A stretch of 64,000 bases of DNA from Stygiobacter sp. Its GTDB lineage: Bacteria; Pseudomonadota; Alphaproteobacteria; Rhodospirillales; Magnetospirillaceae. Below the pieces are notes generated by a model. It was not told the DNA's origin, did no database searches, and was given only the letters and a program-made list of their open reading frames with translations. The position numbers were made by a program, and so were the translations under genes. Positions 18,049 through 30,380 of the stretch are shown here, in pieces. The stretch covers positions 139,770 to 203,769 of the forward strand of contig VBWB01000004.1 of the NCBI GenBank assembly GCA_006218045.1. Reading direction: 5' to 3'. Each line of letters starts with the position of its first letter. Position 1 is the first letter of the stretch.

Positions 18049-18975
18049 ATGGCCGAGATTACCGCTGCGCTTGTCAAGGAGCTGCGCGAAAAGACTGGCG
18101 CTGGCATGATGGATTGCAAGAAGGCGCTGAACGAGACCGCCGGTGACGTGGAAGCCGCCATCGACTGGCTGCGCAAGAAGGGGCTGGCCGCCGCCGCCAA
18201 GAAGGCCGGCCGCGTCGCCGCCGAGGGTCTGGTCGCCATCGCTTCCGCCGGTACCAAGGGTGTGGCCGTCGAAGTCAATGCCGAGACCGATTTCGTCGGT
18301 CGCAACGACCAGTTCCAGGGCTTCGTCTCCGGCGTCGCCCAGGTTGCCCTGACCAAGGGCGCCGACGTGGAAGTGTTGAAGGCGGCCGAGTTCCCCGGCG
18401 CCGGCAAGTCGGTCGCCGACCAGCTGACCGCCATGATCGCCACCATCGGCGAAAACATGAACCTGCGCCGCGCCATCGTCTTGGAAGTGTCGCAAGGCGT
18501 GGTCGCCGGCTATATGCACGCGGCCACCGCTCCGGGCCTGGGCAAGATCGGCGTCCTCGTCGCCCTCGAATCCGCCGGCGACACCGCCAAGCTGGAAGCC
18601 CTGGGCAAGCAGATCGCCATGCACGTGGCCGCCGCCAACCCGCTGTTCCTGGATTCGGCTTCGGTCGACAAGGCGGCGCTCGAGCGTGAAACCGCCGTGC
18701 TGACCGAACAGGCCAAGGCCTCGGGCAAGCCTGCCGAAGTCATCGAGAAGATGGTTCAGGGCCGCATCCGTAAGTACTACGAAGAAGTCTGTCTGCTCGA
18801 TCAGGTCTTCGTCATCGACCAGGAAAACAAGATTTCCAAGGTCGTCGAAAATGCTGCCAAGGAATTGGGCACCCCGGTCAAGCTGACCGCTTTCGCTCGT
18901 TTCGCCCTGGGCGAAGGCATCGAGAAGGAAGAGAAGGACTTCGCCGCCGAAGTGGCCGCCCAGCTGGGTGGTTGA
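18049..18975 (+). CDS. tsf: Elongation factor Ts
   Basis: [34 protein letters not shown]. Confidence 0.97.
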   Translation: MAEITAALVKELREKTGAGMMDCKKALNETAGDVEAAIDWLRKKGLAAAAKKAGRVAAEGLVAIASAGTKGVAVEVNAETDFVGRNDQFQGFVSGVAQVALTKGADVEVLKAAEFPGAGKSVADQLTAMIATIGENMNLRRAIVLEVSQGVVAGYMHAATAPGLGKIGVLVALESAGDTAKLEALGKQIAMHVAAANPLFLDSASVDKAALERETAVLTEQAKASGKPAEVIEKMVQGRIRKYYEEVCLLDQVFVIDQENKISKVVENAAKELGTPVKLTAFARFALGEGIEKEEKDFAAEVAAQLGG

Positions 18976-19007
18976 TCGGTCGGGAATTCCGTCGATTTCG
19001 TGTTACG

Positions 19008-19039
19008 CCGCCGCCAGGGAAAACTCTGGCGGCGGTTTT
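19008..19039 (+). terminator. Intrinsic terminator after tsf
   Basis: CCGCCGCCAG...CTGGCGGCGG followed by TTTT. Confidence 0.8.
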
Positions 19040-19151
19040 CGCCTCTGACCACATCAGGCGAGACAGGCGGGTGGAATGGTGTATGATCGCCACCCGGTAA
19101 AACCCCGGCTTAGCGCCGGGTCCAATGCAATCCAGGCTTTTGGGGGCTCTG

Positions 19152-19877
19152 ATGGCCAGCGACGCCAAGTTTCGCCGTGTTCTCCTCAAGATCTCGGGTG
19201 AAGGTCTCATGGGGGATCTGGAATACGGGCTTGACACGCTCACCGTCGACCGCATCGCCGCCGAGGTTCAGTCCGTCCGCGATCTGGGCGTCGAAGTCTG
19301 TTGCGTCGTCGGCGGCGGCAACATCTTCCGCGGTCTGTCGGGCGCGGCCAAGGGCATGGAACGGGCCGCCGCCGACAACATGGGCATGCTGGCCACGGTG
19401 ATGAACGCCCTGGCGCTGCAAAACGCCATGGAGGCCCGCGGCATCGAAACCCGGGTGCAATCGGCCATCCCCATGCCGTCGGTGTGCGAATCCTTCATCC
19501 GCCGCCGCGCCATCCGTCATCTGGAAAAGGGGCGGGTGGTGATTTTCGCCGCCGGCACCGGCAATCCGTTCTTCACCACCGATACCGCCGCCGCGCTGCG
19601 CGCCGTCGAAATGGGCTGCGACGCACTGCTGAAGGCAAGTCAGGTGGACGGCGTTTATTCCGCCGATCCGAAAAAGGTCAAGGATGCCGTGCGTTACGAC
19701 ACCTTGACCTTCCACGACGTCCTGGCCCGCGATCTGGCGGTGATGGACGCGTCGGCCATTTCCCTGTGCCGGGAAAACAACGTGCCCATCGTCGTCTTCG
19801 ACATGCACACCGACAAGGCCTTCGCCGAGGTGGTGTTGGGACATGGGCGTTTCACTATCATCAATGAAGGGGGTTGA
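19152..19877 (+). CDS. pyrH: Uridylate kinase
   Basis: [37 protein letters not shown]. Confidence 0.96.
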   Translation: MASDAKFRRVLLKISGEGLMGDLEYGLDTLTVDRIAAEVQSVRDLGVEVCCVVGGGNIFRGLSGAAKGMERAAADNMGMLATVMNALALQNAMEARGIETRVQSAIPMPSVCESFIRRRAIRHLEKGRVVIFAAGTGNPFFTTDTAAALRAVEMGCDALLKASQVDGVYSADPKKVKDAVRYDTLTFHDVLARDLAVMDASAISLCRENNVPIVVFDMHTDKAFAEVVLGHGRFTIINEGG

Positions 19878-19880
19878 GCC

Positions 19881-20453
19881 GTGTCCGCACCGACCACTTG
19901 GAGCGATCTCAAGAAGGATATCGCCCACCGCATGGACAACACGGTGGAAGTGCTGAAAAAGGAATTCTCGGGCCTGCGCAGCGGTCGTGCCGCCACGTCC
20001 CTGCTCGAGCCGGTGGTGGTCGAGGCCTATGGCCAGACCATGCCGATCACCCAATGCGGCACCATCGCCGTGCCCGAGCCGCGCATGCTGACCGTGCAGG
20101 TGTGGGACAAGGGCCAAGTCAAGGCGGTGGAAAAAGCCATCCGCGACGCCGGTTTGGGTCTTAACCCGCAGACCGACGGCCAGTTGGTGCGGGTGCCGAT
20201 TCCGGCCTTGAACGAAGAACGCCGCAAGGAATTGCAGAAGGTCGCCGGCAAGTATGCCGAACAGGCCCGCATCGCCATCCGCAACGTGCGTCGCGACGGC
20301 ATGGACACCTTGAAGAAGATGGAAAAGGACGGGCACCTCTCGGAAGACGAGATCAAGAAGCACGAAAAAGACGTGCAGAGCCTGACCGATGACATCATCA
20401 AGAAAGTGGACGAAACCCTCGCCCACAAAGAAAAAGAAATCATGCAGGTCTAG
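19881..20453 (+). CDS. frr: Ribosome recycling factor
   Basis: [31 protein letters not shown]. Confidence 0.96.
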   Translation: MSAPTTWSDLKKDIAHRMDNTVEVLKKEFSGLRSGRAATSLLEPVVVEAYGQTMPITQCGTIAVPEPRMLTVQVWDKGQVKAVEKAIRDAGLGLNPQTDGQLVRVPIPALNEERRKELQKVAGKYAEQARIAIRNVRRDGMDTLKKMEKDGHLSEDEIKKHEKDVQSLTDDIIKKVDETLAHKEKEIMQV

Positions 20454-20459
20454 ACGGTG

Positions 20460-21194
20460 ATGGAGAGCGCCCCTTTGCATGCCGGCTCCCCCCCGCCGCC
20501 CGTCCACGTCGCCATCATCATGGATGGCAACGGCCGTTGGGCCAAGGCACGCGGGTTACCGCGCACCGCCGGACACAAACGCGGGGCCGAGGCGGTGCGC
20601 CGCACGGTCGAGGCCGCGCGCGAGATGGGCGTCTCCTATCTGACCCTTTACGCCTTTTCCTCGGAAAACTGGAAGCGTCCCGCCGGTGAAGTCACCGATC
20701 TGATGGGATTGTTGCGGCTTTACCTGCGCAACGAGGTGGCTAATCTGCACAAGAACGGCATCCGTTTGCGGGTGATCGGTGATCGCAGCCGGCTTTCCGC
20801 CGACATCAACGCCCTGATCGACGAATCGGAATCCAAGACGGCGGCCAACACCGCGCTCACCCTGGTGCTGGCACTGTCCTATGGCGGACGTCAGGAAGTC
20901 GTCTGCGCCGCTCGTAAGCTGGCGGAAGAGGTGGCGGCAGGTAGGTTGTCACCCGCCGATATCGACGAGGCGGCCTTCGCCGCCCGTCTGTTCACCGCCG
21001 ACATTCCCGATCCGGATTTGATGATCCGGACCTCGGGGGAGCAACGCATCTCCAATTTCCTGTTGTGGCAGGCGGCTTACGCCGAATTCGTCTTTACCGA
21101 CGTCCTGTGGCCGGATTTCGGACGCGAGCACCTGGAAGACGCCATCCGCGACTTCCATGGTCGTGAGCGCCGTTACGGCAACGCGCCCGGTTGA
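20460..21194 (+). CDS. uppS: Undecaprenyl diphosphate synthase
   Basis: [39 protein letters not shown]. Confidence 0.96.
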   Translation: MESAPLHAGSPPPPVHVAIIMDGNGRWAKARGLPRTAGHKRGAEAVRRTVEAAREMGVSYLTLYAFSSENWKRPAGEVTDLMGLLRLYLRNEVANLHKNGIRLRVIGDRSRLSADINALIDESESKTAANTALTLVLALSYGGRQEVVCAARKLAEEVAAGRLSPADIDEAAFAARLFTADIPDPDLMIRTSGEQRISNFLLWQAAYAEFVFTDVLWPDFGREHLEDAIRDFHGRERRYGNAPG

Positions 21195-21200
21195 CCCGAC

Positions 21201-21983
21201 GTGCTGCGCACCCGCATCCTTTCCGCCTTGGTGATGGCCCCGCCGGCCCTGGTGGCCGTTTGGCTGGGCGGCGTGGCCTTTGCCCTGTTGGTGGCGGCGG
21301 CTTGCGCCGTCATGTGCTGGGAATGGCACAAGATGACCTTGAAGGGGTTCGGCCCGTCAGGCTGGGTCGCCGCCTTGGGCGGTGCCGCGGCGTCGCTGTC
21401 GGTTTTGCACGATCCCCTGGCCGCCGTGGCCGTGGCCGTGATCACCGCCTTGGTTTCCGCCATTCTCGCCGGCCCCACCGTCCGTGTTTCAACAGGCCTG
21501 GGGGCGGTCTATGCCACCTTGCCCTCGGTCGCCCTGGTGTGGCTGCGCCAGGATCAGGCCAGCGGATTGCTGACCGTCATTTGGCTGTTCCTACTGGTCT
21601 GGGGCACCGATATCGGTGCCTATGCCGCCGGGCGCACCATCGGCGGGCCGTTACTGATGCCGGCCATCAGCCCGAAGAAAACCTGGGCCGGCCTGCTGGG
21701 CGGCATGGCCTGTGCCATGCTGGCCGGGGCGGGGGTGGCCTGGTGGGCGGATTTATCCGCTCCCGTGTTCATTGTTTTCATCAGTGCCATGCTGGCGGTG
21801 GTGGCCCAGGCCGGCGATCTGCTGGAAAGTTGGGTCAAGCGCCGTGCCGGCGTCAAGGATTCCAGCACGATCATCCCCGGTCACGGCGGTGTGCTGGATC
21901 GGGTCGACGGTTTGCTGGCGGCGGGTTTGGTCGTTGCCGTGGCCGCGCTGGCGGCGGCGAAGCCGCTATTGTTGTGGTCGTAA
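21201..21983 (+). CDS. cdsA: Phosphatidate cytidylyltransferase
   Basis: [34 protein letters not shown]. Confidence 0.95.
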   Translation: MLRTRILSALVMAPPALVAVWLGGVAFALLVAAACAVMCWEWHKMTLKGFGPSGWVAALGGAAASLSVLHDPLAAVAVAVITALVSAILAGPTVRVSTGLGAVYATLPSVALVWLRQDQASGLLTVIWLFLLVWGTDIGAYAAGRTIGGPLLMPAISPKKTWAGLLGGMACAMLAGAGVAWWADLSAPVFIVFISAMLAVVAQAGDLLESWVKRRAGVKDSSTIIPGHGGVLDRVDGLLAAGLVVAVAALAAAKPLLLWS

Positions 21984-21993
21984 CGAGGGTGGA

Positions 21994-23160
21994 ATGAGCG
22001 ACGCGAGGCGGGCAATCACCATTCTGGGCTCGACCGGTTCCATCGGTCGCAACACGGTGGAACTGATCGAGGCGCGGCCCGATCTGTATCGCACCGAAGC
22101 CCTGGTGGCCAATGCCAGCGCCGATCTGCTGGCCGATCAGGCATTGCGACTGCGCCCGCGTCTGGCGGTTCTCGCCGACGAGACGGCCTTGCCGCGTCTG
22201 CGCCAGTTGCTGGCCGGCAGCGGCATCGAGGTGGCGGCGGGGCAGGGCGCGGTGATCGAGGCGGCGCGTCTGCCCGCCGATTGGGTGATGGCGGCCATCG
22301 TCGGCGCCGCCGGTCTGGCGCCGACCTTGGAAGCGGTGCGCCGCGGCGCGGTGGTGGCTTTGGCCAACAAGGAATGTCTGGTCTGCGCCGGATCGCTGAT
22401 GATGGCCGAAATCGCCGCCCACGGCGCCACCCTGCTGCCGGTGGATTCCGAGCATTCGGCTATTTTCCAGGTGTTCGAGACCAACCAGCGCCACGCCATC
22501 GACAAGATCGTGCTGACCGCCTCGGGCGGGCCGTTCCGCCAGAAAAGCCTGGCGGAAATGCGGGCCATGACCCCCGCCCAGGCGGTGGCCCACCCCAATT
22601 GGTCCATGGGGGCGAAGATCTCGGTGGATTCCGCCTCGATGATGAACAAGGGGCTCGAACTGATCGAAGCCCATCATCTGTTCGCCTTGGCCGAAGACAG
22701 GATCGACATCCTGGTGCATCCGCAATCGGTGATCCATTCCATGGTCGCCTATGCCGACGGCTCGGTCTTGGCGCAATTGGGCAGCCCCGATATGCGCACG
22801 CCCATCGCCTATGCCCTGGGCTGGCCGCGCCGCATCGCCTCGCCGGCGCCCAAGCTGGATTTGGCGGCCATCGCCACCTTGACCTTCGAGGCTCCCGACC
22901 CGCTGCGTTTTCCGGCCCTAAGGCTGGCACGGGCGGCCTTGCAAAGCGGCGGTTCGGCACCTACTGTCCTCAATGCCGCCAACGAAGTGGCGGTGGCGGC
23001 CTTCCTGGCCGGTCGCATGGGGTTTCTGGACATTGCCGCCACGGTGGAAAAGACCCTGGAGGCGATGAATCCGGTGCCCCTGGGCGGCATCGGCGACGTG
23101 CTGGACCAGGACCGGGCGGCCCGGCATTGCGCCCAGGCGCTGATCGACACCCTGGCCTGA
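21994..23160 (+). CDS. dxr: 1-deoxy-D-xylulose-5-phosphate reductoisomerase
   Basis: [39 protein letters not shown]. Confidence 0.96.
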   Translation: MSDARRAITILGSTGSIGRNTVELIEARPDLYRTEALVANASADLLADQALRLRPRLAVLADETALPRLRQLLAGSGIEVAAGQGAVIEAARLPADWVMAAIVGAAGLAPTLEAVRRGAVVALANKECLVCAGSLMMAEIAAHGATLLPVDSEHSAIFQVFETNQRHAIDKIVLTASGGPFRQKSLAEMRAMTPAQAVAHPNWSMGAKISVDSASMMNKGLELIEAHHLFALAEDRIDILVHPQSVIHSMVAYADGSVLAQLGSPDMRTPIAYALGWPRRIASPAPKLDLAAIATLTFEAPDPLRFPALRLARAALQSGGSAPTVLNAANEVAVAAFLAGRMGFLDIAATVEKTLEAMNPVPLGGIGDVLDQDRAARHCAQALIDTLA

Positions 23161-23170
23161 TCGGACCGAG

Positions 23171-24298
23171 ATGGACTTTTTTTGGAATTACATCGTCGTT
23201 TTCCTGCTGATTCTGACGGTGGTGGTGTTCGTTCACGAACTGGGCCATTACCTGATCGCCCGCTGGAACGGCGTCAAGGTCGAGGTCTTCTCCATCGGCT
23301 TCGGTCCGGAAATCTGGGGCTTCAACGACCGTCACGGCACCCGCTGGCGCTTCAGCGCGCTGCCCTTGGGCGGCTATGTGAAGATGTTCGGCGACGCCGA
23401 TGCCGCCTCGGCCACCGGCGATCCGCGGCCCATGACCGACGACGAGATGGCGGTCAGCTTTCGGCACAAGCGGGTTGGCCAGCGCGCCGCCATCGTATTC
23501 GCCGGCCCCGCCGCCAATTTCATTTTCGCCATCGTCGGACTGGCGGTGATGTTCATGATTTTGGGCCAACCGGTGACCGAGCCGGTGATCGGTCAGGTCA
23601 TGCCCGGCAGCGCCGCCGAACAGGCCGGCCTCAAGGCCGGCGACCGCATCGTCGAAGCCAATGACAGCGCGGTCGAGCGCTTCCAGGACATCCAGCGCAT
23701 CGTGCGGCTGGACATCGACAAGCCGCTGTCGCTGACGGTCGAACGCGATGGCGGGCGCCTGGATTTCGTCGCCCATCCCCGTATCGTCGAACGCAAGGGC
23801 ATTTTCGGCGACATGGAGAAGGTGCCGGTCCTGGGCATCGCCGCCGATCCTGGCAGCACCCGTGTGGTCACCCATGGTCCCGGTACCGCCCTGGTCCTGG
23901 CCGTGCGCGAAACCGGCGCCATGATTTCCGCCACTTTCGTCGGTATCGGCCAGATGATCGGCGGCAGCCGCGACAGCGATGAACTGGGTGGCCCCATCCG
24001 CATCGCCAAAGGTGCCGGCGAGGCGGCGCAATTGGGCGTGGCCAGCGTCGCCTTTTATGTGATCATGCTGTCGTTGAATCTGGGCCTGATCAATCTGTTC
24101 CCCATCCCCATCCTGGACGGTGGTCATCTGGTTTTTTATGCCTTCGAGGCCATCCTTGGTAGGCCCTTGGGGGAGAAGGCCCAAGAATATGGTTTCCGAA
24201 TCGGGCTGTTTCTGGTATTGGCCTTGATGGTATTCGCGACCCGTAACGATATCGTATCGTTGCCGGCTTGGGACGCCATAAAGCGGCTGTTCTCGTGA
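23171..24298 (+). CDS. rseP: RIP metalloprotease RseP
   Basis: HELGH, PDZ domain, NLFPIPILDGG. Confidence 0.95.
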   Translation: MDFFWNYIVVFLLILTVVVFVHELGHYLIARWNGVKVEVFSIGFGPEIWGFNDRHGTRWRFSALPLGGYVKMFGDADAASATGDPRPMTDDEMAVSFRHKRVGQRAAIVFAGPAANFIFAIVGLAVMFMILGQPVTEPVIGQVMPGSAAEQAGLKAGDRIVEANDSAVERFQDIQRIVRLDIDKPLSLTVERDGGRLDFVAHPRIVERKGIFGDMEKVPVLGIAADPGSTRVVTHGPGTALVLAVRETGAMISATFVGIGQMIGGSRDSDELGGPIRIAKGAGEAAQLGVASVAFYVIMLSLNLGLINLFPIPILDGGHLVFYAFEAILGRPLGEKAQEYGFRIGLFLVLALMVFATRNDIVSLPAWDAIKRLFS

Positions 24299-24344
24299 TT
24301 TCGCAACTGCCTGGAAAACATGGCGGTTTGGGAAGGGGGCGTTG

Positions 24345-26618
24345 ATGGGTTTGTTACGCAACACCGCGGTGCTGGTGGCCGTCCTGCTGGCCATGCCGGC
24401 CTGGGCTCAGAACATGGGCACCGTACGGCAGATCGTGGTCCAGGGGACCCAGCGCGTCGAGGTGGAGACGGTCAAGTCCTATATGGCCATCGCCGAGGGC
24501 GACCCCTACAGCACCGATCGCGTCGACCGCTCGCTCAAGACCCTGTTCAACACCGGCCTGTTCGCCGACGTCTCCATCCGCCAGGAGGGTGAGGCGCTGG
24601 TGGTGCGGGTTGTCGAAAACCCCATCATCAACCGCATCGCCTTCGAGGGGAACAACCGCGTCAAGGACGAGCAGTTGGAAACCGAGACCCAGCTGCGTCC
24701 GCGTGTGGTCTACACCCGTACCAAGGTGCAAAACGACGTCAAGCGCATCCTTGACCTGTACCGCCGCAATGGCCGCTTTGCCGCCACCGTCGAGCCCAAG
24801 CTGATCCAGCTGGAGCAGAATCGCGTCGATCTGGCCTATGAGATTTCCGAGGGCGAGCCCAGCTACGTCAAGCGCATCAACTTCGTCGGCAACCGGGTTT
24901 ACCGTGATTCGCGCCTGCGCGAGGTTCTGTCGACCAAGGAAGAACGCTGGTACCGCTTCCTGTCCTCCGACGACACCTATGATCCCGATCGCCTGACCTA
25001 TGACCGCGAATTGCTGCGGCGCTATTACCTGAAGCATGGTTTCGCCGATTTCCGCGTGGTCTCCGGCGTCGCCGAGCTGACTCCGGATCGTGGCGGCTTC
25101 TTCCTGACCTTCACGGTGGAAGAGGGCGATCGTTATAAATTCGGCACCGCCACCATCAACGCCAATCTGCGCGACCTCGACGGCAACGAGCTCAACCCGC
25201 TGCTGACCAGCGTCCCCGGCGAGTGGTATAACGCCGATCAGGTCGAGGACATCGTCCAGAATCTGACCGATTCCCTGGGGTCCAAGGGATTCGCCTTCGT
25301 CGACGTGCGTCCGCAGGTCACCCGTGATCGCGAGAACAAGGTGATCAACATCACCTACGACGTTGCCGAGGGGCCGCGCGTCTATGTGGAGCGCATCGAC
25401 ATCACCGGTAACGTCCGCACCCTGGACAAGGTGATCCGGCGCGAGTTCCGTCTGGTCGAGGGCGACGCCTTCAACACCGCCAAGGTGCGCCGGTCGCGTC
25501 AGCGCATCAAGGATCTGGGTTTCTTCGACAAGGCCGAGGTCACCAACGTTCCTTCCGACAGCGCCCCCGACCGCACCATCATCAAGGTCGACGTGCAGGA
25601 AAAGTCCACCGGCGAATTGTCGTTCGGCGTCGGCTGGTCCACCGTGGTCGGTCCGCTGGTGGAAGCCTCGATCCGTGAACGCAATCTGTTGGGCCGTGGC
25701 CAGGATCTGAAGCTGACGTCGTCCTTGGGCACGCGGCGTACCAGCGCCGAGCTGTCCTTCACCGAACCCTATTTCCTCGACCGCAAGCTTTCCGCCGGCT
25801 TCGACATTTTCGGCCTGAACCGCAAGCTGCAAAGCGAGAGCTCGTACGATCACAACACCATGGGGGCGGCGGTCCGTTCCGGCTATTACATCAACGACAA
25901 CCTGCGCCAGGATCTGAAATATCTGCTCAAGCGCGATCAGGTCGAAAACGTCGACGATGATGCCTCCTTGTTCGTGCGCGAACAGATGGGCACCACGACC
26001 ACGTCCTCGATTCAGCAATCCCTGACCTGGGATTATCGCGACAGCCGGCTGGAGCCGACCGAAGGCTATTTCATCAGGATCAATAACGAGCTGGCCGGAT
26101 TGGGCGGCACGCAGAAGTGGATTCGCAACAATATCAGCGGCGCCCAGTACTTCATGCTGGACGAGCAGGTGGTTTTGGGCGTGAGCGGCACTGCCGGCAT
26201 CATCAGCGGTTTCGGTGATGAAAAGGTTCGGATCACTGAACGCTATTACCTTGGCGGTGACACCTTGCGAGGCTTCGCCAATGCGGGTGTCAGCCCCCGC
26301 GACAAGGGCTCGGACGATGCCTTGGGTGGCATGTGGCAGGCTACCGGCAGCGTCCAGGTCAAGTTTCCGCTGGGGCTGCCCGAGGAATTGGGGTTCTCCG
26401 GTCAGGCCTTCACCGATTTCGGCAGCATCGGTTCGACCGAGGATTACGCCAATTCCTCGAGCATCGATCAGGCCAGTTCGTTGCGCGCCTCGGTCGGTGT
26501 GGGGATAAGCTGGAAGTCGCCCATGGGCCCGGTGGCCCTGGATCTGGCCGTGCCGGTGATGAAGGAATCGTTCGACGAGGACGAGTTCTTCCACTTCAAT
26601 TTCGGTACGAGGTTCTAG
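24345..26618 (+). CDS. bamA: Outer membrane protein assembly factor BamA
   Basis: POTRA repeats, LRGF loop, SPMGP, C-terminal FNFGTRF. Confidence 0.96.
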   Translation: MGLLRNTAVLVAVLLAMPAWAQNMGTVRQIVVQGTQRVEVETVKSYMAIAEGDPYSTDRVDRSLKTLFNTGLFADVSIRQEGEALVVRVVENPIINRIAFEGNNRVKDEQLETETQLRPRVVYTRTKVQNDVKRILDLYRRNGRFAATVEPKLIQLEQNRVDLAYEISEGEPSYVKRINFVGNRVYRDSRLREVLSTKEERWYRFLSSDDTYDPDRLTYDRELLRRYYLKHGFADFRVVSGVAELTPDRGGFFLTFTVEEGDRYKFGTATINANLRDLDGNELNPLLTSVPGEWYNADQVEDIVQNLTDSLGSKGFAFVDVRPQVTRDRENKVINITYDVAEGPRVYVERIDITGNVRTLDKVIRREFRLVEGDAFNTAKVRRSRQRIKDLGFFDKAEVTNVPSDSAPDRTIIKVDVQEKSTGELSFGVGWSTVVGPLVEASIRERNLLGRGQDLKLTSSLGTRRTSAELSFTEPYFLDRKLSAGFDIFGLNRKLQSESSYDHNTMGAAVRSGYYINDNLRQDLKYLLKRDQVENVDDDASLFVREQMGTTTTSSIQQSLTWDYRDSRLEPTEGYFIRINNELAGLGGTQKWIRNNISGAQYFMLDEQVVLGVSGTAGIISGFGDEKVRITERYYLGGDTLRGFANAGVSPRDKGSDDALGGMWQATGSVQVKFPLGLPEELGFSGQAFTDFGSIGSTEDYANSSSIDQASSLRASVGVGISWKSPMGPVALDLAVPVMKESFDEDEFFHFNFGTRF

Positions 26619-26619
26619 G

Positions 26620-27252
26620 ATGGTCTGTTCAAAGGCCATCCGCCTGACGGCGGCTTTGGTCTGTCTGATGGTTCCTTCCCTGGCGCTGGCGGCGGATAAC
26701 GCCGCCACGCGCTCGGGTGCGGCGGTTTCGGCACCGACGGCCATCGTCGTCGTCGATGCCAATCGGGTCCAACGTGAAAGCCTGGCCGGAAAGGCCATGG
26801 TGGCCGAGCGCGAGCGCTATCAGCAAGCTTTCAATAGCGAGTTCGAGGGCACGCGCAAGCAATTGCAGGTATCCGAGCAGGAGCTGGCGCGCCAACGGCC
26901 AAATCTGCCTTCCGATGTCTTCCAGGACAAAGCCCGCGATCTCAATACTCGGATCGCCGATTTTCAGCGCCAATATCAGGGGACGGTGCGGGCCTTGGAC
27001 AAATCCAGCGCTACCGCCAGCAACGAGTTGCAAAAGGCCGTGGTTTCGGTGACCAGCGAAGTGGCGTCGGAACTGGGGGTGGGATTGGTCATGCACAAGC
27101 AGCACGTCTTCTTGCATGACGAGCGCATGGACATCACCAACATCGTCATCGAGCGCCTGAATAAACGCGTCGCCTCGGTGCCGTTCCCGGTCCCCGAAAC
27201 GGAAAAGCCGGCCCAGCCCGGTAGTGCCGCGACGACCAAGGGAAAGAAGTAA
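26620..27252 (+). CDS. skp: OmpH/Skp-family periplasmic chaperone
   Basis: Signal peptide, IVVVD..RV, coiled coil, DIT..VIERLN. Conserved position after bamA. Confidence 0.82.
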   Translation: MVCSKAIRLTAALVCLMVPSLALAADNAATRSGAAVSAPTAIVVVDANRVQRESLAGKAMVAERERYQQAFNSEFEGTRKQLQVSEQELARQRPNLPSDVFQDKARDLNTRIADFQRQYQGTVRALDKSSATASNELQKAVVSVTSEVASELGVGLVMHKQHVFLHDERMDITNIVIERLNKRVASVPFPVPETEKPAQPGSAATTKGKK

Positions 27253-27257
27253 TCATC

Positions 27258-28277
27258 ATGGCCGATTCCCGTTTTTTCACGGTCGCCGGACCGTTCACCT
27301 TGGCGCAACTGGCGGAAATCTGCGGTGCCGAACTGTCGCAGCCGCAGCAATCGGGGCAGGTGATCACCGACGTGGCCGCCTTGGACGTGGCCGGGGCCGA
27401 TCACATCAGCTTTCTCGATAATCGCAAATATATCAACGCCTTCACCGCCACCAAGGCCGGTGCGGTGATCGTGCATCCCGATCTGGCCGAGCGCGGGCCG
27501 GCGGCCACGCCCTTGCTGTTGAGCAAGGATCCTTATCGCGCCTATGCCATGGTTGCCCAGGCGTTTTATCCGCAACCGGCGGCCAGCGCCTGGGTTTCAC
27601 CCTCCGCCCATGTGGACTCGTCGGCGGTGATCGGTGCCAATTGCTGGATCGGTCATGGCGCGGTCATCGGCGCGCGGGCTGAAATCGGCGACAATTGCCG
27701 CATCGAGGCCAACGCGGTGATCGGCGACGGCGTGGTCATCGGCCCCGGCGGCACCATCGGTGCCAATGCCACGGTGCAATGCGCCATCATCGGCGCCAAG
27801 GTGAACATCTATCCCGGCGCCCGCATCGGACAAGACGGTTTCGGCTTCGCCATGGGTATCCAGGGCCACCTGAAGGTGCCGCAATTGGGCCGGGTGATCA
27901 TCGGCAATGGTGTTGAAATCGGCGCCAACACCACCATCGACCGGGGCGCTGGTCCCGACACGGTGATCGGTGACGGCTGCTGGATCGATAATCTGGTGCA
28001 GATCGGCCATAACGTTCAATTGGGCCGTGGCTGCGTCATTGTCGCCCAGGTGGGGATTTCCGGTTCGTGCCAGTTCGGCGATTTCGTCGCCGCCGGCGGC
28101 CAGGCCGGTTTCGCCGGCCATCTCAAGATCGGCTCGGGGGTCAAGGTGGCGGCGCAAGGCGGCGTCATCCGCGACATCGCCCCGGGCGAGACCGTGGGCG
28201 GCACCCCTGCCGTTCCCCGTATCGAATGGCTGCGCCAATCGGCAGTTTTGAGTAAGCTGGTCCGCAACAAGCGCTAA
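27258..28277 (+). CDS. lpxD: UDP-3-O-(3-hydroxyacyl)glucosamine N-acyltransferase
   Basis: Hexapeptide repeats, [17 protein letters not shown]. Confidence 0.96.
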   Translation: MADSRFFTVAGPFTLAQLAEICGAELSQPQQSGQVITDVAALDVAGADHISFLDNRKYINAFTATKAGAVIVHPDLAERGPAATPLLLSKDPYRAYAMVAQAFYPQPAASAWVSPSAHVDSSAVIGANCWIGHGAVIGARAEIGDNCRIEANAVIGDGVVIGPGGTIGANATVQCAIIGAKVNIYPGARIGQDGFGFAMGIQGHLKVPQLGRVIIGNGVEIGANTTIDRGAGPDTVIGDGCWIDNLVQIGHNVQLGRGCVIVAQVGISGSCQFGDFVAAGGQAGFAGHLKIGSGVKVAAQGGVIRDIAPGETVGGTPAVPRIEWLRQSAVLSKLVRNKR

Positions 28278-28304
28278 GAACAACGTCTTTCGAGGAAAAG
28301 CAGG

Positions 28305-28778
28305 ATGGACAGCATGGTGAATGCAACCGAGACCGCCGGGAAGGAGGTCGATATCAACCGGATCATGGAAATGATCCCGCATCGCTATCCTTTCCTGATG
28401 GTCGACAAGGTGGTTGGCATCGTTTCCAATGTCAGCGCCATCGGTATCAAGAACGTCACCATCAACGAGCCGTTCTTTCAGGGCCATTTCCCCGAGCGTC
28501 CGGTGATGCCGGGCGTGCTGATCATCGAAGCCATGGCCCAGACGGCAGCCGTGCTGGTGGTCGACACCCTGGGGCCGAGCGCCGAGGGCAAGCTGGTCTA
28601 TTTCATGAGCGTCGACAGCGCCCGCTTCCGCAAGCCGGTGGGGCCGGGCGATCAATTGGCCATCCACGTGTTCAAGGAGCGTTCGCGCGGCAACGTGTGG
28701 AAGTTCCGGGCCGAGGCCAAGGTGGGCGACACCTTGATGGCCGAAGCAACTTATGCCGCCATGATCCTGGATAGCTGA
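28305..28778 (+). CDS. fabZ: 3-hydroxyacyl-ACP dehydratase
   Basis: [31 protein letters not shown]. Confidence 0.96.
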   Translation: MDSMVNATETAGKEVDINRIMEMIPHRYPFLMVDKVVGIVSNVSAIGIKNVTINEPFFQGHFPERPVMPGVLIIEAMAQTAAVLVVDTLGPSAEGKLVYFMSVDSARFRKPVGPGDQLAIHVFKERSRGNVWKFRAEAKVGDTLMAEATYAAMILDS

Positions 28779-29578
28779 TGACCAATATTCATCCCACCGC
28801 CATCGTCGATTCAAAGGCGGAAATCGCCGAATCGGCTTCCATCGGTCCGTTCTGCGTGGTCGGGCCGCATGTCCGTCTGGGCGAAAAGGTCGAGTTGCTG
28901 TCGCATGTGGTGGTCGAAGGCCGCACCACCATCGGCGAATGCACCCGCATCTTTCCGTTCGCCTCCATCGGCCATCAGCCTCAGGATCTGAAATATCACG
29001 GCGAGCCGTCGACCCTGGAGATCGGCAGCAACAACCAGATCCGCGAATACGTCACCATGCAGCCGGGCACCGAAGGCGGCGGCATGATCACCCGCGTCGG
29101 TGACAATTGCCTGTTCATGGCCAGCGCCCACGTTGCCCATGATTGTATCTTGGGCAACAACGTCATCATGGCCAACAACGCCACCTTGGCCGGCCATGTG
29201 CTTGTGGGCGAATACGCCTTCCTGGGCGGGCTGTCGGCGGTGCATCAGTTCGTGCGCATCGGCAAGCACGCCATGGTCGGCGGCATGTCGGGGGTCGAGG
29301 CCGACATCATTCCCTTCGGCATGGTCATCGGCAACCGCGCCCATCTGAACGGCCTGAACATCGTCGGCCTCAAGCGCCGCGGTTTCTCGCGCGATGAAAT
29401 CCACAGCCTGCGCAACGCCTATCGGCTGTTGTTCGGGCCGGAAGGCACCTTGCAGGAGCGGGTGGCCGACGTGGCCGAGCAATTCCAAAGCAACGCGGCG
29501 GTGATGGAAGTGGTGGAATTCATCCGCGACGATTCATCCCGGTCGCTGTGCACGCCCGGTTTCGAGGATGGCAAGTAA
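28778..29578 (+). CDS. lpxA: Acyl-ACP--UDP-GlcNAc O-acyltransferase
   Basis: IHPTAIV, PQDLKY, HVAHDC, HQFVRIG. Confidence 0.96.
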   Translation: MTNIHPTAIVDSKAEIAESASIGPFCVVGPHVRLGEKVELLSHVVVEGRTTIGECTRIFPFASIGHQPQDLKYHGEPSTLEIGSNNQIREYVTMQPGTEGGGMITRVGDNCLFMASAHVAHDCILGNNVIMANNATLAGHVLVGEYAFLGGLSAVHQFVRIGKHAMVGGMSGVEADIIPFGMVIGNRAHLNGLNIVGLKRRGFSRDEIHSLRNAYRLLFGPEGTLQERVADVAEQFQSNAAVMEVVEFIRDDSSRSLCTPGFEDGK

Positions 29579-30380
29579 ACTCGGCATCATTGCCGGGGGT
29601 GGCGCGTTTCCCGGACTCGCCATCGCCGCCTGCCGGTCGCAAGGCCGGCCTTTCCACGTTTTGGCGCTGAGCGGTCATGCCGATCCGGCGGTGATCGGCG
29701 ATGCCCCCGCCGACTGGATTCGCCTGGGCGAGGCGGGGACCGGCTTCAAGCGCCTGCATGAGGCCGGTGTCACCGAACTGGTGATGATCGGGCCGGTGCG
29801 CCGCCCGACCCTGAAAGAGTTGGCGCCCGACTGGCGCACCACCAAATTCTTCGCCAAGGTCGGGCTGAAGGCTTTGGGTGACGACGGCCTGCTGCGCGCC
29901 GTCACCCGCGAGATCGAGGAGGAGGGCTTCCGCGTCGTCGGCATCGACGACGTGCTGGCCGATTGCCTGGCCCCTGCGGGCTTGTTCGGCACTCTGGCCC
30001 CCGACGATCAGGCCCTGGCCGACATCTCCCGCGGCTGGGAGGTGGCCAAGGGTATCGGCGCCCTGGATGTGGGCCAGGCGGTGATCGTCCAGCAGGGTAT
30101 CGTCCTGGCGGTGGAGGCCATCGAAGGCACCGACCGGCTGATCCGCCGCTCGGTCGAATTGCGCCGCGACGGCCCCGGCGCCGTGCTGGTCAAGGTCAGG
30201 AAGCCGGGTCAGGATCGCCGTCTCGACCTGCCGACCATCGGCCTGGGCACCCTGCGTGCGGCGGCGGCGGCGGGGTTGCGCGGCATCTGCGTCGAAGCCG
30301 GCGGCACCTTGGTGTTGGACCGGGCCGAATTGGGGGCCGAGGCCGATCAGGCTGGGCTGTTCATCCTGGGCCGGTCATGA
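29568..30380 (+). CDS. lpxI: UDP-2,3-diacylglucosamine pyrophosphatase LpxI
   Basis: LGIIAGGG, LDVGQA, VEAIEGTD, QDRRLDLPTIG. Conserved position between lpxA and lpxB. Confidence 0.92.
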   Translation: MASKLGIIAGGGAFPGLAIAACRSQGRPFHVLALSGHADPAVIGDAPADWIRLGEAGTGFKRLHEAGVTELVMIGPVRRPTLKELAPDWRTTKFFAKVGLKALGDDGLLRAVTREIEEEGFRVVGIDDVLADCLAPAGLFGTLAPDDQALADISRGWEVAKGIGALDVGQAVIVQQGIVLAVEAIEGTDRLIRRSVELRRDGPGAVLVKVRKPGQDRRLDLPTIGLGTLRAAAAAGLRGICVEAGGTLVLDRAELGAEADQAGLFILGRS